A stretch of DNA of 64,000 bases. It comes from a virus. Taxonomy: Duplodnaviria > Heunggongvirae > Uroviricota > Caudoviricetes. How positions within the stretch are numbered: position 1 is the stretch's first letter; every line of letters begins with the position of its first letter. Positions 8,603 through 18,305 of the stretch are shown here, one piece after another. The stretch lies in the IMG/VR virus record IMGVR_UViG_3300031993_000014, positions 50,987 through 114,986 of that record. One strand, 5' to 3'. Position numbers and translations under genes: made by a program. Below the pieces are notes generated by a model that was not told where the DNA came from, ran no database searches, and saw only the letters and a program-made list of their open reading frames with translations.

Positions 8603-8710
8603 GACCTTTATAGGAAAAATGAAAGAATAAACTCTTTCATTGAAGAACGCTAGTTCTTTCTTCGAAGAAAAACTAACAGAAAGTCACCTAACGACTTTCG
8701 GAGGAAAATT

Positions 8711-9499
8711 ATGGCCTATAAAGGAAATCCTTACGGTTTGGAGAGAGGAACTGCGAACGTAAAGTTCCAAAGTCCCTCTGTCGATAACATTACTAAAGAT
8801 ACCTTCTATACTGGTGCATTTAACACACGTACTCAGCCGATGGATCCGCTCGTAACGGGTTACTCGTTCATCAAGTGGATCAGACTTCCGGATTGGCTTA
8901 CCAAGAAGTATCCGTGGTTCGCTTCTCTTACTGAAAAGAACCTCAAGTCCTTCAATGGTAACGACGATGTGGAAATCAGCACTGTCTCTGCATCGCTCGG
9001 TTTTACGGGTAATGAATCTCAGTTTGCTGGTGCTATCGGTTCTAAGGGTGTCGGTTTCTCGATGACTCATCTTGAATACTCTGACTCTCCGGTTACTGAA
9101 TGCTACGACTTCTGGGCATCCTCTATCCGTGACCCGCATTCTGGTATCGCTACCTATCCGGGCTTTGCTGGATGTGACTATGCCGCTCGTAACCATACGG
9201 GCGAACTCTTGTACGTTGTGCTTAAGCCGTCTGTTGCCCGTGCTGGTGAACAGGGTCGTGCCGTCTACAAGGATATCGAATCTGCAACGTTCTATACGAA
9301 CGTGATGCCGACGAAGATCTCTAGAAGCCACTGGAACTTCACCGCAGGTTCTCAGGAAGGCGTTAACATCGATATGCCGTTCACTGGCGATAGATGGTTT
9401 GGAGGAGGAGTTCTCGAATACGCCGCTTCCGTGATTGAATCCTTCGCAAGCATCAACTGTCTCCATACGGAAAATGAAGGCTCGTTCGCGACAGAATAA
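8711..9499 (+). CDS. putative tail tube / virion structural protein
   Basis: DPLVTGYSFIKW, W...IRDPHSGIA, and beta-rich pattern resembling gp19-like tube proteins of jumbo phages; strong RBS ggagg and highly biased codons. Confidence 0.55.
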   Translation: MAYKGNPYGLERGTANVKFQSPSVDNITKDTFYTGAFNTRTQPMDPLVTGYSFIKWIRLPDWLTKKYPWFASLTEKNLKSFNGNDDVEISTVSASLGFTGNESQFAGAIGSKGVGFSMTHLEYSDSPVTECYDFWASSIRDPHSGIATYPGFAGCDYAARNHTGELLYVVLKPSVARAGEQGRAVYKDIESATFYTNVMPTKISRSHWNFTAGSQEGVNIDMPFTGDRWFGGGVLEYAASVIESFASINCLHTENEGSFATE

Positions 9500-9518
9500 T
9501 TGCGACCTCATCTTTTTG

Positions 9519-9553
9519 ATAATATCTACTTCGAAAGAAGTAGATATTATTTT
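9519..9553 (+). terminator. intrinsic terminator
   Basis: ataatatctacttc-gaaa-gaagtagatattat plus T run. Confidence 0.8.
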
Positions 9554-9561
9554 ATATAAAT

Positions 9562-9573
9562 AACTTGTCAATG
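9562..9573 (+). promoter_or_regulatory. AACT-N4-AWTR phage promoter
   Basis: AACTTGTCAATG directly upstream of the endonuclease RBS. Confidence 0.6.
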
Positions 9574-9591
9574 GAGAAAAACGAGGTCACA

Positions 9592-11208
9592 ATGAAGTGC
9601 GAAATTTGTCAACGTGCTACATTCAATGATGCGAGATCACTATCACTGCACATTGCATGTTGTCATAAGGGAACAGACTATAAAGACTACTACGACAAGT
9701 ACCTTAAGCAGCCGGGAGAAGGAAAGTGCAAATGCCCAGGATGCGACAATCCGACGAAGTTTATGGGTATAGCTCAAGGTTATAGGGCATACTGCTCAAT
9801 AAAGTGCAATAGCAAGGCTAACAGAGGAAAAGAATCTGGATACTGGGATAAGCTCCGGGATAAGTGCATGACAGAAAACGGTGTCAAAGCGTATTCCGCC
9901 ATCCCTTCAGTTCAGGAAAAAATCCATAAGACAAGGGAGAAAAAATACGGGGCTTTCCATTCTGCTGAAACCTTGGAAAAGATTAAGGAATCAACTAAAG
10001 CATCTACTGGTGTTGAGTGTATCCTTTCAGATAAAGCCAAACGAGAAGAATGGGCTGAAGAAAGGCAGAAACGCACAGGATTCAAGTATAGCGTAGAAAA
10101 CCCAGAAGTTAAGGCTAAAGCCAAGGCGACAAAGCAGTCTCTCCCATTCATAAAGCGATTTCGAGAACAGTTTAGACCAGCATTTGAAGCTAAATTGTCA
10201 GCGGTAAACTGCCGTCTTCTTGATATCGTTAATACTGACGAGGTGTCTTTCGAGTGTCTGTCTTGTGGGTCTAAGTTTACTGATTCTAGAATCTTCGTGT
10301 TCTCAGACCGTGCTGATAAAGGTGTTTCGCCATGCTTAACTTGCAAGCCTAGGCACGGTTTTACTTCCATAGAGGAAGAACAGCTTGTGAAAGAGATAGA
10401 GACCTTCTATGACCCAACAAAGATTATCCTTAATGACAGATCCATTCTAGATGGAAAAGAGCTTGACATATTCTTCCCGGAAGAAAATCTAGCCATTGAA
10501 TTTGATGGTCTATTCTTCCATAGAGAGGATAAAGTTGGAAGAAACTTCCACCTAGACAAGACAATACACTGTATAGAGAAGGGAATAAGACTCATCCATA
10601 TCTTCAGTGACGAGTACGAGCTCAAGCATGATATAGTTATCTCCAGACTCAAGTCTCTTCTGCATAAGAGCGATCGCGTCATCTATGCTAGAAAGTGCGT
10701 AGTTAAGGAGGTCTCTTCATCTGTTTCCAACGAGTTCTTAAAGACATCACACATACAAGGAATTTGTCTGTCCTCTGTTAGATTAGGTTTATACTATAAC
10801 GAAGAGCTAGTAGCCCTGATGACTTTTGGCAGGTCTAGATATGCAAGAGAACATACAGAACTCTTGAGATTCTGCAATGCTCTTAATACCAATGTTGTTG
10901 GTGGAGCAGGGAAACTTCTGGCTGCCTACAGACGAATGCACCCTGATGAAACTATTGTCTCTTATGCTGACCGCAGATGGAGCGATGGGAATTTGTATAA
11001 GAAACTGGGCTTCAAGCTAGAAGGAATCTCTAAACCCTCTTATTCCTACTTTAAGAGCAGAAGAGAAGGAAGAATGAACCGCCTTGCTTTCCAGAAATAT
11101 AAGCTTGTGGAAGAAGGCTTTGACCCAAACTTGACGGAAGAAGAGATTATGCGCCAACGTGGATTTTTCAGAATCTACGATTGCGGTCAGTATAAATTCA
11201 TACTGTAG
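9592..11208 (+). mobile_element. free-standing Hef-like homing endonuclease (zinc fingers, PD-(D/E)xK-type nuclease, C-terminal GNAT/Mom-like domain)
   Basis: CEIC..H..H and CPGC/YCSIKC zinc motifs; ELDIFFPEENLAIEFDGLFFH; ALMTFG..ELLRFC..SYADRRWSDGNLY; start ATG 9592 after gaggt. Confidence 0.7.
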
Positions 11209-11228
11209 GATCTATCTCCAAATACCTT

Positions 11229-11260
11229 ATACTCGTATCTTCGGATGCGAGTATATTTTT
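11229..11260 (+). terminator. intrinsic terminator
   Basis: atactcgtatc-ttcg-gatgcgagtat plus T run. Confidence 0.85.
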
Positions 11261-11293
11261 CGTAAAATTTTGATGGCGAAATGTATATTAAAC
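11261..11293 (+). promoter_or_regulatory. early-type promoter (cGTAAAA-N16-TATATT)
   Basis: same 23-nt spacing as cGTGAAA-N16-TATATT at 47321-47349. Confidence 0.5.
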
Positions 11294-11364
11294 TATGACC
11301 TATAAATAGCAAAATCAAGGTCTCTATGGCAATCCCGCTATAGATTCGTCTCAGGGGGACGATA

Positions 11365-11784
11365 ATGTTCCAGCATAAACTTTACAAGCAATTTATCAAT
11401 GATGCCGCTTATACATTCCAGACAGATATTCTGTCTCTCTTGAAAAAGGGAGGAGAGGTGTCTGTAGATGTGACTATCAATGATAATCTTCCTGCGTGCA
11501 TGAGCAGTTACCCTAAACAGTTCAAGGAAAGGGTAGCGAAAATCTATCGCTCCAAAGAGTCTCCAATAAAGTTTGCGCATTTTAAGATCTACGAAGGAAA
11601 TACGGCTTTCTATTTCACTATTGCTAGCGGAAGTGGCCGAGAAGATTTCGTCGGTCTTATTATGACATTCGATTGTGAACCTGGATTCGCATACAAGCTT
11701 GGTTGGGGCGAGAATGGCAATATTGCTGTTATGGATTGGAAGGAAGAAGAAACTGATGACAAAGTTCCGGTACTTGTCCAATAA
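11365..11784 (+). CDS. hypothetical protein
   Basis: 139 aa, RBS agggggacgataATG. Confidence 0.7.
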   Translation: MFQHKLYKQFINDAAYTFQTDILSLLKKGGEVSVDVTINDNLPACMSSYPKQFKERVAKIYRSKESPIKFAHFKIYEGNTAFYFTIASGSGREDFVGLIMTFDCEPGFAYKLGWGENGNIAVMDWKEEETDDKVPVLVQ

Positions 11785-11809
11785 GGTATAACTCCTAAGT
11801 CAAACAAAC

Positions 11810-11853
11810 AAGCGGTGTCCGAAAGGATGCCGCTTTCTTTTTTGCATATAAAC
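11810..11853 (+). terminator. terminator fused to early-type promoter
   Basis: aagcggtgtcc-gaaa-ggatgccgctt, T run, then catataaac. Confidence 0.75.
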
Positions 11854-11882
11854 TATAGAACCATTAACCAAAAGGATAAATA

Positions 11883-12431
11883 ATGGCTTATACTATCGAA
11901 AAATTCCTTGACGATCTTGACAAGGCTCTCTATCATTTCCAGATTGGTGATATTGTTACGCACGAAGAAAAGTGCCAGTGCGGATTACTTCATGGTTCTA
12001 CTGACATCAAGAAAGTATCCCTCATTTGGGAGCACAAAGAAATTGCTAATGCTCTCATGGACATCGATACTGGCCTGGTTACCGTTCATGCCAGAAAGAC
12101 CATTGACGGGGAACTGAAGTCTATTCATCCTTTCTTCCTTAAGAGCTGCATCAGGTCATGTCTTGGGCCTGTAATCAAGTGGATTCGTGGAAGAAACAAG
12201 ATTGGCGAAATCTTCGATGATATCCACTATGCGGAAGATTTCCCAATGCCGTTGGAAAATAGACGGCGTGTCATTTTCCCTCTTGTTGATCGTAGTATCA
12301 GAGTAAACACAGACACCGAGAGTGGTCTCATATCTTTCATCGAAGGTCTCATCAAGTGGTATGGGAAAGACAATGTTATCAAAGTTCAACGCATCCAACA
12401 AACGGAGGAACAGAAAGATGGCAATGGTTGA
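11883..12431 (+). CDS. hypothetical protein
   Basis: 182 aa, RBS aaggataaataATG. Confidence 0.75.
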   Translation: MAYTIEKFLDDLDKALYHFQIGDIVTHEEKCQCGLLHGSTDIKKVSLIWEHKEIANALMDIDTGLVTVHARKTIDGELKSIHPFFLKSCIRSCLGPVIKWIRGRNKIGEIFDDIHYAEDFPMPLENRRRVIFPLVDRSIRVNTDTESGLISFIEGLIKWYGKDNVIKVQRIQQTEEQKDGNG

Positions 12432-12449
12432 CTTTAAAGAGGAGAAATA

Positions 12450-13304
12450 GTGGAGATAAGACGAATGAGGATGTTCTGTCCAGACTTGGGATTGGATATC
12501 TCCATCGATCCGGGTAAGTGCAGATGCATTGTTGGAGCTAACGGTTCTGGAAAGACTCTGTTACTTTCTATGACCCATGCTCTGACAGAGTTTGCAGTTA
12601 CCACGAAACCATATGCTCTGTTAAACCTTCTCAGAGAAGTGCGTATAGACTCCTTCGACTGTAGACACGTTCAATGGCATGGGTTCTTCAAGAGTGCTTC
12701 CGTGGAATTCGATGATAACTCCATAGCTTCTATTGAAAACATTAATAGCAGCAATGGAGAATTTCTTTGCGAATACCGTGGAAATTCTCTCTCATTGTCC
12801 GATGAACCCATACCGAAGGACTACGAGTCTCCTATCACCTTTCTGAGATCAGACCGGGAAAGCTATTCAGGGCAAGTTCTAGGAGAGCTTTTACACAAGA
12901 ACGGCGGATCCATTCCAAAAGAGACGGTGGAAAAGTTTTGTACAGGTGTTCTGGATATAGGAGCAGCTCCGAAGTACTTCAGTCCAATGCCCAAGGAAGA
13001 AGACTTTAAGGGCAGAAATGCTTGGTATAGTTCCTTAGATAAGTGGCTAGACTCATTCTCTCATGGTGAACGAGAGATAATGCGTCTTGTCATGGCTATG
13101 GAAGGAACCAAGCAGAGCACTGGTATACTGTTTATCGACAATATGGAAATGGGTTATCACATAGCCTCGCAAGAGGTATTGGGCAAGCTGATTCCTACTC
13201 TTATCGAGAAATACAAAATCCAGCTAATCTACACAACCCATGCTCCGCACTTGCTTCTGGATAAGGAACAATGTACAGGCATGGATGAATTCCGGAGGAG
13301 TTGA
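12450..13304 (+). CDS. ABC-type ATPase (AAA_15/AAA_21-like)
   Basis: Walker A GANGSGKT, signature FSHGE, Walker B LFIDNME, H-loop TTHAP; GTG start after gaggag. Confidence 0.8.
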   Translation: MEIRRMRMFCPDLGLDISIDPGKCRCIVGANGSGKTLLLSMTHALTEFAVTTKPYALLNLLREVRIDSFDCRHVQWHGFFKSASVEFDDNSIASIENINSSNGEFLCEYRGNSLSLSDEPIPKDYESPITFLRSDRESYSGQVLGELLHKNGGSIPKETVEKFCTGVLDIGAAPKYFSPMPKEEDFKGRNAWYSSLDKWLDSFSHGEREIMRLVMAMEGTKQSTGILFIDNMEMGYHIASQEVLGKLIPTLIEKYKIQLIYTTHAPHLLLDKEQCTGMDEFRRS

Positions 13305-13305
13305 C

Positions 13306-13539
13306 ATGGGTAAAGACGATGATACCTATGAAAATTATTCTTGTGAGGTGAAGGAACGAAAAGAAAGAGAAACCAAAATCTTCTTGTGTATTTTCGGTCT
13401 CGTAGTTTCACTGATACTTCTAATCCTTCTAGAAGTATTTTATCCAACTAATCTCAACCAAAAGGTAATAATAAACAATGATCGAAATTGCTGCGGCTGT
13501 CTTTGGACTGATCCAAGGTGCTCTGATAATGTTCAATAA
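13306..13539 (+). CDS. small single-pass membrane protein
   Basis: RBS ggaggagttgacATG; hydrophobic IFLCIFGLVVSLILLILLEVF; 3' end overlaps pnuC. Confidence 0.55.
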   Translation: MGKDDDTYENYSCEVKERKERETKIFLCIFGLVVSLILLILLEVFYPTNLNQKVIINNDRNCCGCLWTDPRCSDNVQ

Positions 13540-14032
13540 AAGATCCAACTGGATCTTCTATGTCATACAGATGGTACTATTAGCTATCTTCGCATGGGAG
13601 AATCATCTCTACGGCGATCTTGTTAATAACATCATCTACGTTATCTGCGGCATAGTCGGATGGATATTCTGGGGGCAAAACGTTGGCAAGGATGTGAAAT
13701 GTAACGATGCTAAGGGGAATATTATCCTTGCTATCTATGTATTGTTCTTTGCAGGTGCCACCATGTACTTACTTGGAAAGACAGATGACCCTCTTCCATT
13801 CCTAGATGCCTTCACAACAGCGACATCGTTTGTGGCAACATACCTGATGATTGATCGCAAGATCGAAGCATGGGTTATATGGTTCATCAACGATATCCTG
13901 TATGTTATCGAGTACTGGCTATTACCGAATCAGGCTCTATACTTGCTCGGTCTGAACGTCATCTGGACATTCATGGCAGTAGGATCTTTCATTATGTGGC
14001 GCAAACAACTCAAAGCTCAAGAGGCTAAATGA
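13478..14032 (+). CDS. pnuC: PnuC-family nucleoside/vitamin transporter
   Basis: multi-TM; RSNWIFY, NLVNNIIY..GIVGW, PFLDAFTTATSFVATYLM.DRKIEAWVIW..NDI. Confidence 0.88.
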   Translation: MIEIAAAVFGLIQGALIMFNKRSNWIFYVIQMVLLAIFAWENHLYGDLVNNIIYVICGIVGWIFWGQNVGKDVKCNDAKGNIILAIYVLFFAGATMYLLGKTDDPLPFLDAFTTATSFVATYLMIDRKIEAWVIWFINDILYVIEYWLLPNQALYLLGLNVIWTFMAVGSFIMWRKQLKAQEAK

Positions 14033-14535
14033 TCAATCTGTTCTATACCGGGACTTACAGCACTTGGCACGCTTACATTAATCCCAGCAATGTTAGGGAT
14101 AAGCTTCGTGACGACTTTAGGTCTCGGCTTGTCGAAAGAATTGATGACGTGATCTATGCTAGCGACGGGGTAGTGACAAAGAATCCCAATGTAAGATACG
14201 TAGGCGGTTTCTACTATGAGAAATCTAAAGGTATCTACAAAACAGAAACAGAAAACGTGGTAGCTGCAGAGCTTGAACAGATAGAGCGATGCGACATTCT
14301 CGTAGCAAACTTGTTAACTCATGCTGCTATCGGGAGTGTGGTTGAATTGTTCCATGCTGCTAAGCACAACAAAGCTATCCATGCGTTTATTGAAGACAAG
14401 GACGACGCATTTGCCGTAACTGGCGAATACTGGTTTCCTATTTACACGTTGCAGCTTTACAGCAGCAATATAACCATCCACAAAGTGAAGTCTGACAGAG
14501 AGATCTATGACTTCATCATGAACCTCAGGGAGTAA
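14029..14535 (+). CDS. nucleoside 2-deoxyribosyltransferase (NDT/Rcl)-like protein
   Basis: LFYTG near the N-terminus, ELEQIERCDILVANL, IGSVVELFHA (GxxxE motif). Confidence 0.65.
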   Translation: MINLFYTGTYSTWHAYINPSNVRDKLRDDFRSRLVERIDDVIYASDGVVTKNPNVRYVGGFYYEKSKGIYKTETENVVAAELEQIERCDILVANLLTHAAIGSVVELFHAAKHNKAIHAFIEDKDDAFAVTGEYWFPIYTLQLYSSNITIHKVKSDREIYDFIMNLRE

Positions 14536-14538
14536 ACA

Positions 14539-15009
14539 ATGGCTGAAAACATCGAAATTACCGATATCATCATCGAAGGCACTGATGGCGTTGGCAAGAC
14601 CGAAACTATCGAACGTCTCAAGAAAGAATTGCCTTACTATACATTCCATGATCGCAACAAGGAAGTTATCTCCGCCAAGATGACTAAGGACACTCCGCTT
14701 AAGGACAGAGCAGAGATGTATGAGATCTTCCTCAATGCTAAAAAGAATTTCCTTACTATCGTGCTTATCAATAATGACGGCGAAGAACTGCTCCGTCGTG
14801 TCAAGACTCGTAATAAGCCGATTTCTGACTTTGACCTCGAAGCTCCGTTCTATAATAAGCTCTATCGTGAAACCTATGAATACATGAGAGATAATGGTAT
14901 GCTTTGTGGTCGTCTTAAGATGGTAGACGTTACTGGGATGAGCATGGACACACAAGTTCAGGAAGTGATTAATGCTGTCCATCTTTATGAAAGAGGCGGT
15001 TGGGTATGA
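14539..15009 (+). CDS. nucleoside/nucleotide kinase (TMPK/dNK-like)
   Basis: IIIEGTDGVGKT P-loop, FHDR, ELLRRVKTR lid. Confidence 0.7.
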   Translation: MAENIEITDIIIEGTDGVGKTETIERLKKELPYYTFHDRNKEVISAKMTKDTPLKDRAEMYEIFLNAKKNFLTIVLINNDGEELLRRVKTRNKPISDFDLEAPFYNKLYRETYEYMRDNGMLCGRLKMVDVTGMSMDTQVQEVINAVHLYERGGWV

Positions 15010-15602
15010 ACCTCAAGACAGGTAACTTAGTAAACACTGAACGCAAGTTCATCATTGTGCCATCGAAGGTTGATGCGAAGGCTGGAGAAAACTGGCAGAA
15101 TGTTCATATCTTCAGCCCGAAGAAAGAGACACTAATCATTGATCAATTCTATATCGACGATGTTAAGTATCGGCGTCTCGTTGACCCAGACAAAGAAGAA
15201 GAGCTTATGGATAACGAATACCTTAAGCACTCCGACCGATGGGGAAATGAGTACACGGGTTATACCAAGAATGTCAAGAAGGGTGATATAACGGAAGTAA
15301 CCCGTATCACCGAACTGGAGTACAGAGGAGCATTGGAGAAAGCGGGAAATATTGTCATGTCAAAGACAAGAAATTCTATGATCTATAAGCAGGACTCCGA
15401 GCATGAGTATAATATCGACACCGATATTTATTATGCGCACAATCTGTTTCCAAACATCATCGAAGTATCAGGGAATGAGCTGGATAAGTTCGTTCCTCCT
15501 CCTTACTTCAAGGAAGTGACAGGTGACCCCATGTTCAGTGCTAAAGAAATGTACAAAAGCTTGTGTGAAACTGTCAGACGCCAAATGGAAGAAATGCCAT
15601 GA
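15006..15602 (+). CDS. CYTH (triphosphate tunnel metalloenzyme) domain protein
   Basis: TERKFII N-terminal motif, QFYI, KTR, IIEV, FKEVTGDPMFS C-terminal motif. Confidence 0.7.
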   Translation: MNLKTGNLVNTERKFIIVPSKVDAKAGENWQNVHIFSPKKETLIIDQFYIDDVKYRRLVDPDKEEELMDNEYLKHSDRWGNEYTGYTKNVKKGDITEVTRITELEYRGALEKAGNIVMSKTRNSMIYKQDSEHEYNIDTDIYYAHNLFPNIIEVSGNELDKFVPPPYFKEVTGDPMFSAKEMYKSLCETVRRQMEEMP

Positions 15603-16219
15603 GTATAACCAGAGATAAGAAGTATCCAGAGATCAAATATCCGGAAGACTTGAAGAATAAGATTAAGCTATTCAAAGAAAGTCTCTCTTCGGAAGCAGAG
15701 TATAGAAAATATCTCCTTCAGCACGCGGACTATATGACACGTTTCGCTAATGACGAAGAAGATATAGAAATAACGGATATGGAAAATGACCTTAAAGACG
15801 CTGTGGCTCTTATAGAAAAGATCAAGAAGTGCCAAGATCTTAGTATCAAGAGCGATCTTGTTACAGTGACTATTGAGGAATTGGAAGAAGACTTGAAGAA
15901 ATTCTGGGAGGACAGATGTATCTATAGCCCTCTCGATTTTGACAGGATGCACTCCGGTTTCTTCATGCACATAAGATGTCTGCGTATCGATCATCGTTAT
16001 ACTAGCAAGATATCAATAGAAGGCGAAATGTTCTTCCGTTGCTGTGAAGACTTTGGTTCGACATTGGGCGCTCATCGTAGTTTTAGGTTCATGAAGAATG
16101 GTGTACTGGGTTTCGGGCTTACAGAAGATCCCATATACCACGAACTTACGAAAGATCAGTTCAATACCGAACTGTCTATAATGACAGATAAAGCAAAGTC
16201 TGGGCTTACCATAGAATAA
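15599..16219 (+). CDS. hypothetical protein
   Basis: 206 aa, translationally coupled (ATGA) to the CYTH gene. Confidence 0.7.
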   Translation: MSITRDKKYPEIKYPEDLKNKIKLFKESLSSEAEYRKYLLQHADYMTRFANDEEDIEITDMENDLKDAVALIEKIKKCQDLSIKSDLVTVTIEELEEDLKKFWEDRCIYSPLDFDRMHSGFFMHIRCLRIDHRYTSKISIEGEMFFRCCEDFGSTLGAHRSFRFMKNGVLGFGLTEDPIYHELTKDQFNTELSIMTDKAKSGLTIE

Positions 16220-16221
16220 AC

Positions 16222-16270
16222 AAAGGCATCGCAAGATGCCTTTTCTTTTTTGTATCACATATAAAGAAAT
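16222..16270 (+). terminator. terminator fused to early-type promoter
   Basis: aaaggcatc-gcaa-gatgccttt, T run, then catataaagaaat. Confidence 0.75.
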
Positions 16271-16291
16271 AGCAATCACAAAGGAGAAAAC

Positions 16292-16900
16292 ATGATTGGC
16301 AATTCATTAGAAGAAGAACACAAAGTCCTGAAAAGGATATACACGAAATTTATCACTTTCCTTGAAAGCGAGGAAAGCTGTCTCAAAGCGGGTTTCTCAT
16401 TCTACAAGAAATACCCGTGGCACTATGACGGAAATGCTGCCATAGCATACATCATAGCCAAAGACAACCCCCAAAAAGAATATATCAGAACCGACTTTAC
16501 GTGCGACCTTAGATACGACAACGTGTATCAGTTGCAATCCCATCTGGAAGGAAAGAACTTCATGGAGTTCATTATTGACTTTCTGTTTAAGAACTGTCCT
16601 GAAGTATGCCAGCATCCTTCATTCTTTGAAAAGAATATTCTTGACCGTAAGTCTAGCGACTGCTATCTTATTCATTCTCAGATCTTTACAAAGACGATGG
16701 AGATCGTTAAACCTCTCCGTCCTCTGAAGGTTGTTGAAGATATGCAGGATAGACTTAACTTTATCAACATCTTCCCATCTCTTCATTCTAACCAGCATTG
16801 CGGCATGAACGAGACGGAAGGTTTCACAATGAGGAATCTGGAGACCTCGGAGAAGCTAATCGATGCTATCATCAACGGCGAGGCAGCCAAATTTATATAG
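16292..16900 (+). CDS. hypothetical protein
   Basis: 202 aa, RBS aaaggagaaaacATG. Confidence 0.75.
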   Translation: MIGNSLEEEHKVLKRIYTKFITFLESEESCLKAGFSFYKKYPWHYDGNAAIAYIIAKDNPQKEYIRTDFTCDLRYDNVYQLQSHLEGKNFMEFIIDFLFKNCPEVCQHPSFFEKNILDRKSSDCYLIHSQIFTKTMEIVKPLRPLKVVEDMQDRLNFINIFPSLHSNQHCGMNETEGFTMRNLETSEKLIDAIINGEAAKFI

Positions 16901-16911
16901 GAGAAATAACA

Positions 16912-17304
16912 ATGTGCGGTGGAGAACTGGTGTTCATAATACCGTTAGCAGGACTGGCAATAATCTGGTTGATTGTTGTGTCCTACAAGCTTATGTACAA
17001 GAGGGTGAAGGCAGATGCCGGATACCATCTCTGGTACAGATACTACAATCGTTTCACTGGAAAACTCAGCCATGAATACTGGAATGAATGGCCCGACTGT
17101 AGCGGGATCGAGATAAAGATCAAGCATACGAAGGACGGCTTTATATGGAGGCGTTCATGGTTAAAGAGATTTCCCGGTGCCTATGACATGTGGGCTCCGT
17201 ACTATGAGCACACTAGAAATGGTTTCATGGAATGTGATGATAGTCAACGCGACAAAGCCGTTCATGACTTTGTTTGGGACTGTGGAGTAGACGATGACCC
17301 CTAA
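16912..17304 (+). CDS. membrane-anchored hypothetical protein
   Basis: start at ATG 16912 (taggagaaataacaATG); N-terminal TM, aromatic-rich remainder. Confidence 0.7.
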   Translation: MCGGELVFIIPLAGLAIIWLIVVSYKLMYKRVKADAGYHLWYRYYNRFTGKLSHEYWNEWPDCSGIEIKIKHTKDGFIWRRSWLKRFPGAYDMWAPYYEHTRNGFMECDDSQRDKAVHDFVWDCGVDDDP

Positions 17305-17911
17305 TCAGATTAATAGATTCATTGATGACTTTAATAATGAGCCAAGGTCATGGCTCTTGAACTTAAAGGCAGAGCCTTACGTATGGCTCACCGAAGACAG
17401 TATAGCTTGTGCTATAATGTTCCAAAGAAAAGGGCCAGTAAACAATACAACTGTCCTCTCTGTGAGAATGGATCATAAGGTTGAAGGGAATGGCAATAAG
17501 AAAATCCTGTACTACGACCATAAATTCCACAGCTCTGACATAGACACGAATCCTAATATCACAAGGAAGGAAAAGAACTATCTACGAAAGTATTATCTAC
17601 GTTTAACAGAAGGATCACCTAAAGCTATGGCTGATAGAAAGAAACAACTGACTAAAGAAGAATGGGACTTCCTAGTATGCCCTGCTGAGATAGCAGAAAA
17701 GGTATTGACGGCAGCTGGTTACAGCTACGAGGGCTGCAAGATATACGAAGGACAGAAATCGACTAATCCCTTTACCGGAAAGAAGGAAGTTGCCGTTACT
17801 TGGAGAACGGTGGCTAATCATCTTAAGGACAAAGGTGTTATCACAATGGAAGACCAATTCCAATGTACTCGTGCTGTCAAGGAATACTATGCGAAACTCA
17901 TGGAGAAATAA
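17294..17911 (+). CDS. hypothetical protein
   Basis: 205 aa, RBS ggagtagacgATG. Confidence 0.7.
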   Translation: MTPNQINRFIDDFNNEPRSWLLNLKAEPYVWLTEDSIACAIMFQRKGPVNNTTVLSVRMDHKVEGNGNKKILYYDHKFHSSDIDTNPNITRKEKNYLRKYYLRLTEGSPKAMADRKKQLTKEEWDFLVCPAEIAEKVLTAAGYSYEGCKIYEGQKSTNPFTGKKEVAVTWRTVANHLKDKGVITMEDQFQCTRAVKEYYAKLMEK

Positions 17912-18240
17912 TGTCTAAAGACTTCAATCCTATAATGAAAGATTCCATCTTAAAATTCTTCGGCACAGTCTTTGTCAACGGAATGGCTAGAGGAGTTAAT
18001 AAAGTCTCCTTCCATTTTAGCTTAGCGTATATTCTGTCAGATCTCGGATCAGAAAGAATTGAAAGCAAGCGCACCAATGGCTATATTCATTATAAGCATC
18101 ACTGGGGCAATAAGACATACGACTTCACTGATCATAAACAATTTCTGGAATTTAGAGATATAGTGAAGAAAGCGTACAAAGAAGAAGAAGAATTCTGGAG
18201 AAAGCGTAAGCAACGCAAACATAGAAATAAGGCATCTTAG
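17911..18240 (+). CDS. hypothetical protein, basic C-terminus
   Basis: start MSKDFNP at 17911 (tggagaaataATG). Confidence 0.65.
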   Translation: MSKDFNPIMKDSILKFFGTVFVNGMARGVNKVSFHFSLAYILSDLGSERIESKRTNGYIHYKHHWGNKTYDFTDHKQFLEFRDIVKKAYKEEEEFWRKRKQRKHRNKAS

Positions 18241-18272
18241 GATGCCTTTCTTTTTGTACTGTATATTATAGA
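18229..18272 (+). terminator. terminator fused to early-type promoter
   Basis: aaggcatc-ttag-gatgcctt, T run, then gtatattataga. Confidence 0.75.
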
Positions 18273-18305
18273 AAGTATAGACCTTAATCACAAAGGAGAA
18301 AACAA

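Noticed and set aside
8684-9571. 295-aa ORF antisense to the tail tube gene, and similar shadows (14314, 30982, 37398, 44405, 46351, 52976)
   Set aside because: Same codon-bias artefact; the opposite strand has RBSs and recognisable proteins
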